DNA from: Promethearchaeum syntrophicum
Lineage (GTDB): Archaea; Asgardarchaeota; Lokiarchaeia; Sigyniarchaeales; Promethearchaeaceae
Assembly (NCBI RefSeq): GCF_008000775.2
Contig: NZ_CP042905.2
Coordinates: forward strand, 3,570,001-3,602,000
DNA: 32,000 nucleotides
Direction of reading: 5' to 3'
The translations under genes were made by a program, and so were the position numbers. Position 1 is the first letter of the stretch, and every line of letters begins with the position of its first letter. Positions 1-7,334 of the stretch are shown piece by piece. The notes below the pieces were generated by a model. It was not told where the DNA came from. It saw only the letters and a program-made list of their open reading frames with translations, and made no database searches.

Positions 1-289
1 GCGAAAAAAATGAAGATATCTTTTGATTTATGTTAAAAAAACGCTTCTTATGTGTAAATTCTTGCCAAATCTTAATAGAGAATCGAAAATTATCAGGGGT
101 TTTTTTCTCCCATGAAATAATTGTGTTCTCTGATGGAATATTATAGAAAGTGGAATTTACTTCTGCAAAATCGAAAATTTTTGAATAATATGAAAGATAT
201 TCAGAAGGTTGCATGGTTTTTGGATAAAAAACTCCTTTCCAATCTTTATATGACCAACCTGCACATCCAACAAAAACATTAGATTCCAT
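1..289 (-). CDS. DUF72 (YecE-like) family protein, N-terminal part; truncated by window edge
   Basis: Minus-strand translation from ATG at 289: MESNVFVGCAGWSYKDWKGVFYPKTMQPSEYLSYYSKIFDFAEVNSTFYNIPSENTIISWEKKTPDNFRFSIK. This is the characteristic DUF72 N-terminus (VGxxGWSYxDWxGxFYP...EVNSTFY). It is absent from the ORF track because it runs off the window. The start overlaps the stop of the upstream gene (TAATG). Confidence 0.9.
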   Translation of the reverse strand, partial: MESNVFVGCAGWSYKDWKGVFYPKTMQPSEYLSYYSKIFDFAEVNSTFYNIPSENTIISWEKKTPDNFRFSIKIWQEFTHKKRFFNINQKISSFFS

Positions 290-2472
290 TATAACCCCCT
301 TTTAGGATAATAGTTTGAATAATAGCGCTTGTAAACGACTTTTGAGCCTTTTTTATTAGGTAATTCGTAATTATTTGAAAAACTTATTCGAGATATACTG
401 GTTTTAATAATATTTTGACAAAACTCAAGAATTTTATCATAATCTCCATCGAAAGTATTTCCCTCAAGTGGAATATTTAGAGATAATTCCTTAAATTTAC
501 TCTTTCCTAGATCAGAATAAATTTGAGATAGATGATGAAAATTTAAAAATTTTGAAGATGAATTGAAGCCAAATCGATATCCGGGATGAGTTGATGGTTG
601 AAAATCAATACCTTGATCATCTAACATTTCAAGAAAGAGATCATTTTTTCTAAGAAGTTCGCTTTGAAGATGAGATTCACACAATACAAATTTAATATTT
701 TCTGAAAGGACAGAATTCTGTTTTTGTATTAATGAAAAAATGTAATCTAGTACTTTAACTGCAAATTCACGATTTTTAGGTTGATCTTTTACAAATAATC
801 CGGTTTGCAAAAAGATGAGTTCATCTAGTCCAAATAATGATATTCCACAAATTAGAGGATAAACTGAATGATAATTTTGAGTATCTTTCCAATTTTGGAA
901 GATTAGATCATTATTAAATAACAATTCAGATAAATTTTGCCATCCTGGAAACTTTAGGAGAGTTTTAGATAATAATTTAAATTTATTATCGAAATAATCG
1001 AAAATTGAAAAAATTCCTTTTTCTAAGTTAGAAAAGAACAAAGTTTCATTGTTCGATGATTCATTGAATACGCTTAATAGATTAATTGAGATTTTTTCTA
1101 TGATAAGTGAAGGTTTTATTTCATTTAATAATTCAAAATGAAGAGGAATTCCTAAATTTGTAAATATATGTTCACCATTTTTAACACCCCACTTGGAAAA
1201 TTGATTAATATTTACTTGATGTTTTAATAATAGTGATAAGATGTTTTTATGTTGAGAATTAAGTTTGGAGTAATGAGGACAATTTAAAATTTCTTTTATT
1301 TTGTTTTTAGGAAAATTTACTTCTAAAACCGGTAATTGAGACCAATTTTTGATTGTATATGATAAACTCTTATTATAAATTTCCAGTAAAGGATTAATAT
1401 CATTAAAATTAGCTATCAATGAAATTCCAAGTTTTATCTTCCAATTTTTAGTTAATTTTACGAATACTTTTGAAAATAAATGCTTTAGGTCTAGTTCTGT
1501 ATAATAAATAAGAAATTTTTCTAGAAATTCATCAAATCTGATAATAGTTAACCCTTGAGGGAAAAAATGTGAGAATAATGACAAAGATTGTTCAAAATAA
1601 TAACTAAATTCAATATATGGAAGAGAAAATGGTTCTTCTTTGGTATTTTGTTCTTCTAATGAATTATTATAAAAATTATTCAAGATTTCTATGAAATTTC
1701 GACCAGAAATTACTAATTCAAGCGGAGAAATTCCAAAATTCTTAAGATCCGTTAATAAAAATTGACCCGTAAGTAAATTATCTGCGAATTTCTGATTGAT
1801 TTTGTTTAGAAGTGTATTTTGCTCCAAGATTGCATTTCCTAATTTCGTTTCAAAAATCGTTGGATTCTCATATTCTTGAGAATTTATCAATTGTTTAATA
1901 TCATAAGGAGGTAACCCTAAACGTGTTAATTTATGACGAGTATCTTCAAGATGGAATTCAATTAAAATCGCATTTACGAATTCACGAATCAAAGGTGCTG
2001 TTAAATAGGTGATATTTGCTTTTCTTATTCTTTTTTTGGCTTCATTGGCGACTTTTTTAGCGTCTCTTAGATTTAAATTACTTTCTTCAATTATTTTTTT
2101 TTCAATTATTGACTCGTCAAAAAGCTCTAGAGTGTATTTCGAGGTTCGTACTTTAATTTTAGATCTATCAGACAGGCCTTCTTCAAAATTTCTTAGTTCT
2201 TTAACTACCCGATGACCCAAGGGAGTAATGAGATATCCTTTTTGATCTTGAATGATATAATTTGCATCTTTTAAAACATTGATATGATATGATAAATTTT
2301 TCTTTTCATTAGAAAATTTACGGATAGCTTTTTGAAGCTCTCTGTATTCAACAGGTACCAACTGATCTTGAAGTCTTTTTAAAATTTCAATTCTTGGTCT
2401 TGAAGATAAATTAGTTAGATGTTGTTCCAAAGGTATTTTATTTGAATCTTCAAAATCCATTATTATTACCAA
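289..2472 (-). CDS. ArsR-like winged-helix domain + ATP-cone domain + NrdD-like C-terminal region; putative nucleotide-responsive regulator/pseudoenzyme (likely ATG start at 2460)
   Basis: N-terminus resembles an ArsR-type wHTH (SSRPRIEILKRLQ...LSYHINVLKDANYI...YLITPLGHRVV). It is followed by ATP-cone-like KVRTSKYTLELFDESIIEKKIIEESNLNLRDAKKVANEAKKRI and the NrdD-like linker RLGLPPYDIKQLI. The C-terminus has NrdD-like GISLFGLDELI, but ends ...SNYYPKRGL with no recognisable glycyl-radical motif. Confidence 0.75.
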   Translation of the reverse strand: MVIIMDFEDSNKIPLEQHLTNLSSRPRIEILKRLQDQLVPVEYRELQKAIRKFSNEKKNLSYHINVLKDANYIIQDQKGYLITPLGHRVVKELRNFEEGLSDRSKIKVRTSKYTLELFDESIIEKKIIEESNLNLRDAKKVANEAKKRIRKANITYLTAPLIREFVNAILIEFHLEDTRHKLTRLGLPPYDIKQLINSQEYENPTIFETKLGNAILEQNTLLNKINQKFADNLLTGQFLLTDLKNFGISPLELVISGRNFIEILNNFYNNSLEEQNTKEEPFSLPYIEFSYYFEQSLSLFSHFFPQGLTIIRFDEFLEKFLIYYTELDLKHLFSKVFVKLTKNWKIKLGISLIANFNDINPLLEIYNKSLSYTIKNWSQLPVLEVNFPKNKIKEILNCPHYSKLNSQHKNILSLLLKHQVNINQFSKWGVKNGEHIFTNLGIPLHFELLNEIKPSLIIEKISINLLSVFNESSNNETLFFSNLEKGIFSIFDYFDNKFKLLSKTLLKFPGWQNLSELLFNNDLIFQNWKDTQNYHSVYPLICGISLFGLDELIFLQTGLFVKDQPKNREFAVKVLDYIFSLIQKQNSVLSENIKFVLCESHLQSELLRKNDLFLEMLDDQGIDFQPSTHPGYRFGFNSSSKFLNFHHLSQIYSDLGKSKFKELSLNIPLEGNTFDGDYDKILEFCQNIIKTSISRISFSNNYELPNKKGSKVVYKRYYSNYYPKRGL

Positions 2473-2475
2473 TTT

Positions 2476-3399
2476 TTAAAATGTTTTAAGCAAAATTGAA
2501 GCAATTATTGCTTTTCTCATCATTAATCCGTAATAAGTTTGCTCGAAATATTTTGCACGGGGGTCCTTGTCAATTTCAGGGGAAATTTCGTTTACTCGGG
2601 GTAAAGGGTGTAAAATTATTGCATCCTTTTTTACATTTTTTAATGATTTCTTTGTTAATAGAAACGCATTTTTTACTTTATCATATTCTTCTAAGTCCCC
2701 GAACCTTTCTTTTTGAATTCTTGTCATGTAAACGACATCTAACAAAGGTAAGGTTTCTTTAAATTCAGCAGTCTCTTTAAAATTAGCTTTCTTTTGTGTT
2801 AAAGCATCTTTTACTCTATATTGCATTTTTAACTGGGTTGGGCTAATGAAATATAAATTTACCTTAAAGTTTGAAAGTAAATGTGCTAATGAATGAACAG
2901 TTCTACCGTATTTTAAATCTCCTATGAGCCCAATATTTAAACCATCTACCTTCTTTTTAAGTTCGCTTATTGCTAAAACATCTAAAAGTCCTTGAGTTGG
3001 GTGCTCTTGAGAACCATTACCTGCATTAATGATGGGCACATCAGAAAATTTTTGAGCGAGTTTGGCCGCCCCTTCTTTATCATGACGAATTACAATAAGA
3101 TCGGAGTAATTAGCAACAGTTCGGATGGTATCTGCCAGTGTTTCTCCTTTTTTTACTGAAGATACCCCAGCAGATGAAAATCCAATCACACTTCCCCCTA
3201 AATAATTCATTGCACTCTCGAAAGATAAACGAGTTCGTGTTGACGGTTCAAAAAATAACGCAGCCATAATTTTACCTTGTAATAACTTAGCATATTTTCC
3301 CTTGTCCTTTTCAATTTTTAATGCTAAATCAATCAATCTCTCGATATCTTCTCTAGAATATTGCTTTGCGCTTATTATATCAGAATTATAGAAATCCAT
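2476..3399 (-). CDS. pyrB: aspartate carbamoyltransferase catalytic subunit
   Basis: FFEPSTRTRLSFESAMNYLGG, ETLADTIRTVANYSDLIVIRH, NAGNGSQEHPTQGLLDVLAI and HPLPRVNEI are diagnostic ATCase motifs. Confidence 0.97.
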   Translation of the reverse strand: MDFYNSDIISAKQYSREDIERLIDLALKIEKDKGKYAKLLQGKIMAALFFEPSTRTRLSFESAMNYLGGSVIGFSSAGVSSVKKGETLADTIRTVANYSDLIVIRHDKEGAAKLAQKFSDVPIINAGNGSQEHPTQGLLDVLAISELKKKVDGLNIGLIGDLKYGRTVHSLAHLLSNFKVNLYFISPTQLKMQYRVKDALTQKKANFKETAEFKETLPLLDVVYMTRIQKERFGDLEEYDKVKNAFLLTKKSLKNVKKDAIILHPLPRVNEISPEIDKDPRAKYFEQTYYGLMMRKAIIASILLKTF

Positions 3400-3593
3400 A
3401 TGTTTTCCCTCAAATTCTTAATTGGGAGAATAGATATTAAAATTTCTGTTTTTTAATCCCAGAATATATTAATCGATTAATGTCGCAAATTCCTAGTTAA
3501 ATCGCTCGTGAATTGGTATCAAAATGATATTGCAACTGAGAAATTTATCAATTTAGAAAATGTTCGTGAAAAGAAGTGTAAAAAAGAGGGGCT

Positions 3594-3613
3594 CCAGATT
3601 TAAAAAAATCTGG
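3594..3613. repeat. short perfect inverted repeat (7-bp stem CCAGATT/AATCTGG) in an intergenic region
   Basis: Read directly: ccagatt-taaaaa-aatctgg. Confidence 0.6.
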
Positions 3614-3783
3614 GCTTTTGGGTAGCCATATCATAAAGGTTTAGGTTTTTTTTATTCATGATTTTCGTTCTCCTGTTTTTTTTTGTTAATTAAATCTAAT
3701 TTAATAAAATTAAATGAACACCTAAACATGATGGAGGCCAAAATTTATCATAAAAAAAAATACAAATTATAATTCAATTCTAA

Positions 3784-4860
3784 TTAATCGCTGCGTTTTT
3801 TTATTTTTGAAATTAAATTTCCTCCATATCCAAAAACTAGTGCAATTGCAAATAATATAATCGGAATCCAAAGAAATTCAAATGAAAGAAACTTGCTTAA
3901 ATCCCGTCCATATCCCCATGAACTATATAACCAGACCATAAATAATACATAGGCAAGAGAAACCATAATATGAACAATTCTTGGCCAGCCTAACCCATAC
4001 ATATACCCAAGTATAAACATTGCAAGAAATCCCAAGAAGAACATAGGCCACATACTATTTTGGAGGGAAATATCTGCTGCTTGAGCCTGCCATACTGCCA
4101 CTAGAGCGCCGTGAATAGCAACTAATGATTCCAATAAGACGGTCCAATATTTATTAGTGTGAATCCTAGTATACATTAAAGACCCTTGTAGTAATAAGAG
4201 AAACATATAGAGAAACCCCCATATATGTGCTAGTGTTCCTGTCGCGGGATGAAACCAGAAAGTGTAGATGAGTGCCCAAGAAATATAATAACCATGATAT
4301 TTTCGGAAAAATCGAATAACATTTTTCTTAAAATTAATTTTCTTTCCAAAAATAAATCCACGCCTTGGAGTTTCCATTACAATAATAATAGATAACATTA
4401 AAATAACACTACCTTGGGATGTCCAGATAGGAGCATCTTGAGCAGTTTTATCATAAAACAATTGTGTATGGATTATATGCAATAAAATAAAAAACAAATT
4501 CCCAAATAAAGAAACGTAATTTAGTTTCTTTAATTCTTCAGTTGTTTTATATTTCTGTTTTTGTGCAGAATAGATTGTAACCCAAATGAAGATCTGATGC
4601 ACTGCATACAGAAACCATGCTGAAAACATTATCCAAAAATTTCTCTCTGGTAATTTCCAATAATACCAAGCTGCCCCCTGATCTGGAGATAAAATATCTT
4701 CAAATTTTGAAAGATTAGGAGTTAATATCCAAATCAAGAAAATAATCACGAGACTTATTATAATTCCAATGATTAAAGCCACTGAAGCCGAATTTAGTTT
4801 TTTTAAGGTAGATGTAGGTTGTTCTTCGATTTTTTCATGACCTTCAATTTCAGATGACAT
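3784..4860 (-). CDS. multi-pass integral membrane protein of unknown function
   Basis: Long ORF with many hydrophobic segments and several His residues near membrane segments (LLHIIHTQ, RKYHGYYISW, TFWFHPATGTLAHIWG). No family recognised. Confidence 0.8.
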   Translation of the reverse strand: MSSEIEGHEKIEEQPTSTLKKLNSASVALIIGIIISLVIIFLIWILTPNLSKFEDILSPDQGAAWYYWKLPERNFWIMFSAWFLYAVHQIFIWVTIYSAQKQKYKTTEELKKLNYVSLFGNLFFILLHIIHTQLFYDKTAQDAPIWTSQGSVILMLSIIIVMETPRRGFIFGKKINFKKNVIRFFRKYHGYYISWALIYTFWFHPATGTLAHIWGFLYMFLLLLQGSLMYTRIHTNKYWTVLLESLVAIHGALVAVWQAQAADISLQNSMWPMFFLGFLAMFILGYMYGLGWPRIVHIMVSLAYVLFMVWLYSSWGYGRDLSKFLSFEFLWIPIILFAIALVFGYGGNLISKIKKRSD

Positions 4861-5090
4861 ATTTATTATTCTTCAATATTCAATATAACCTTTCATCTGA
4901 AAAACTAAAATAAAATTCCCTATATTTCCTTTTAAGTATAAATGAAGTGTTTTATCGGAACGCAAAATTGAAATTTAGATTGAATTAACACTCAGTTTCA
5001 ATCCTAATATAATGATAGCTTTATTGAAAATCAAAAAATTAAAATCAAATAAAATACTCATGAATTCATTATTGAGTGAGTTTGAATATA

Positions 5091-5372
5091 ATGAAATTTC
5101 CTAAGAATAAAAAAATTTATTGCGCTAAATGTAAAAAACACACACCCCACAAATGTAGTATCTACAAAAAGGGGAAAGACAGTATGATGGCACATGGAAA
5201 AAGACGACTCGAGCGTAAAAAGGTAGGGTATGGATCTTTTCCTAAACCAATCCAACATAACCAATGTAAAGTTAATAAAAAGACCACTCCTCTTTATAAG
5301 TGTGCCGAATGTGGACATGTTCAAGTTGGTAAAGCCCAACGTCTTAAGAAATTTGAAATACTTAACAAATAA
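5091..5372 (+). CDS. rpl44e: large ribosomal subunit protein eL42 (L44e)
   Basis: MKFPKNKKIYCAKCKKHTPHKCSIYKKGK...YGSFPKPI...KVNKKTTPLYKCAECGHVQ matches L44e. The ORF track starts at 5076, but the ATG at 5091 is the likely start. Confidence 0.96.
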   Translation: MKFPKNKKIYCAKCKKHTPHKCSIYKKGKDSMMAHGKRRLERKKVGYGSFPKPIQHNQCKVNKKTTPLYKCAECGHVQVGKAQRLKKFEILNK

Positions 5373-5593
5373 TGAAATTTATGGTGAATAATGCTTTGAA
5401 TGATAATGATAATTTAATTCCGCAACCAAAAAGTCGATTTTTACGAATCAAGTGTTTGAATTGCGGGGCTGAGCAAATAGTGTTTGGTTGTGCTACTGTA
5501 GAGGTTCGCTGCTTCGTTTGTGATAAACAACTAGTTCAATCAACAGGTGGTAAAGCGCGAATACTTACAAAGATATCGGATGTTTTATCCTAA
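5372..5593 (+). CDS. rps27e: small ribosomal subunit protein eS27 (S27e)
   Basis: IPQPKSRFLRIKCLNCGAEQIVFGCATVEVRCFVCDKQLVQSTGGKARI with two CxxC motifs. The start overlaps the L44e stop. Confidence 0.95.
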   Translation: MKFMVNNALNDNDNLIPQPKSRFLRIKCLNCGAEQIVFGCATVEVRCFVCDKQLVQSTGGKARILTKISDVLS

Positions 5594-5963
5594 TTTAAGA
5601 AGGACTCAGGCGAATTCTGTGATTCATTTTTGTCCTAATTGCGAAAAAATCCTTCGAAAGAAAAGGAACTCCGATACTATTGTTTTATTTTGTCCTATTT
5701 GTAATTATACTGAACCATATACTAAAGGAAAACGGGAAAAGAAAATCAGTAAGAAAACTGAGAAGAAAATTATTGATAATAAAACCCGAATCGTTGAAGG
5801 AGAATCAGATGCCCATCAACATTTGCCTACCACAAAAGTAGAATGTCCCGAATGTCATGAATGGTTGGCTTATTATGAGCAATATCAAACGAGATCAGCC
5901 GATGAACCGGCAACCACGTTTTATACCTGTTGCTCTTGTAAACACAAATGGCGCGAATATTAA
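5580..5963 (+). CDS. transcription factor TFS / RNA polymerase subunit M-like
   Basis: MFYPNLRRTQANSVIHFCPNCEKILRKKR...FCPICNY and a C-terminal TFIIS-type ribbon, VECPECHEWLAYYEQYQTRSADEPATTFYTCCSCKHKWREY. The ORF track starts at 5547; the internal ATG at 5580 is more likely. Confidence 0.92.
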   Translation: MFYPNLRRTQANSVIHFCPNCEKILRKKRNSDTIVLFCPICNYTEPYTKGKREKKISKKTEKKIIDNKTRIVEGESDAHQHLPTTKVECPECHEWLAYYEQYQTRSADEPATTFYTCCSCKHKWREY

Positions 5964-5981
5964 ATATAAATAAAATTTTTT

Positions 5982-6338
5982 TTATGTAATTTTCTTGGAT
6001 AATTCCATTGACTTTAAAAATAATATAAAATTCATTTTTTCCATATTTTGTATTATATGTGCAGCTATAAATTGTACCCCATCACCACCGATAGATAATT
6101 CCCCAAAAACGCGGTAAAGAGTACCTTCCTTAATATTGCTAAATTCATCTGGGATTGAACGAACATGAATTCTTCCGTTTTTATCATCTAAATAGAATTC
6201 ATCGCTTGCGTTAATAGAATCAGCGTACCCAATGATCTGAACAGCACTATCATCAAGTTGAATATCAGAAATCAATCTTTTTTGATAGGTTTCGTTTGTT
6301 TTATTTGATTCAAATTCATCTGAAAAATCATTTTCCAT
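5982..6338 (-). CDS. small OB-fold protein, possibly RPA/replication-factor related
   Basis: 118 aa with an OB-like pattern (AVQIIGYADSINASDEFYLDDKNGRIHVR...EGTLYRVFGELSIGGDGVQFIAAHIIQ). Location between TFS and PCNA. Confidence 0.55.
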   Translation of the reverse strand: MENDFSDEFESNKTNETYQKRLISDIQLDDSAVQIIGYADSINASDEFYLDDKNGRIHVRSIPDEFSNIKEGTLYRVFGELSIGGDGVQFIAAHIIQNMEKMNFILFLKSMELSKKIT

Positions 6339-6479
6339 TGTGATCTAATAAATTAAATTCCCGTCAAATTTAAAATTCGAGTTTTATTGAACTGTTAATA
6401 TATACACATAAAAAATCTTTAATTGAAATAATAATTAGAATATCAATATTACGAATAAAAATCATAAAGGAAAATAAAA

Positions 6480-7280
6480 ATGGCATTCACAGCAAAAATA
6501 AAAGATAGTAAAGTTGTAAAAGGAATTTTTGAAGCCGTTAGCTCAATTATTACGGAAACATTCTTAGATATTGATCCAGATAAAGGGATTTCAATGGTAG
6601 CTATGGATTTATCTCATATCTGTCTTGTTTCTCTATTAATTGCGAAAGAGGATCTTGATGAATTTAAAGCAGATAAAAAACTCAAAATTGCAATTAATCT
6701 TGAAGATTTTGTTAAAATTGTTAAGCGCGCTAATCCACAAGATGAAATAGTTTTCAAAGATGACTCTGCTGCTAAACGTTTTATTATTGAAATGAAACCA
6801 GAAACAGCTAAGAAGGCACGAAGATTTACTATTTCAATGATTGATATCGATGAGGAGCGAATTGGTCCAGAATCTCTTGAACAACTAGAATTTTACAATC
6901 AAACTACTTTCAAACTTAAATTCTTAGATGAAGCTATAAAAGATGCGGAAATATTTTCTGATGCACTAGAAATTGTGGCTGATAAAAATCTGAGCTTTTC
7001 TACAAATGGAAATATCGGAGATATGACCTATGAATTAGAAAAAGAAGAATTAATCAGCTCCGATTTTACTCAGAAAAGTGAAGGGATCTTTGGATTAGAA
7101 TTTTTAAAAAATATTTTAAAGGTATCTGCAGTTTCCACTAATGTAGAAATGTCAATGGCAAGTGATTTACCTATTAAAATGGTATTTGATATTTTAAATT
7201 CCAGTAGAATAGTCTATTATCTAGCACCAAGAACTGAAGATGAAGATAACGACGAAGACGACAGTCTTTATGAAGATTAA
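6480..7280 (+). CDS. pcn: DNA polymerase sliding clamp (PCNA)
   Basis: MAFTAKIKDSKVVKGIFEAVSSIITETFLDIDPDKGISMVAMDLSHICLVSL...PIKMVFDI...IVYYLAPR are PCNA signatures. Acidic C-terminal tail EDEDNDEDDSLYED. Confidence 0.97.
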   Translation: MAFTAKIKDSKVVKGIFEAVSSIITETFLDIDPDKGISMVAMDLSHICLVSLLIAKEDLDEFKADKKLKIAINLEDFVKIVKRANPQDEIVFKDDSAAKRFIIEMKPETAKKARRFTISMIDIDEERIGPESLEQLEFYNQTTFKLKFLDEAIKDAEIFSDALEIVADKNLSFSTNGNIGDMTYELEKEELISSDFTQKSEGIFGLEFLKNILKVSAVSTNVEMSMASDLPIKMVFDILNSSRIVYYLAPRTEDEDNDEDDSLYED

Positions 7281-7334
7281 AAAAAAAGAAAAAATTTTTT
7301 CAATTTCTTATTTCAGAAGTTGTTCGAGAGCAAT

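Noticed and set aside
2009-2762. Opposite-strand ORFs 2009..2215 (+) and 2496..2762 (+)
   Set aside because: Antisense to confidently identified genes (HTH/ATP-cone protein and pyrB), low-complexity, no family resemblance.
5058-5339. 93-aa minus-strand ORF over L44e
   Set aside because: Antisense shadow of the ribosomal protein gene.
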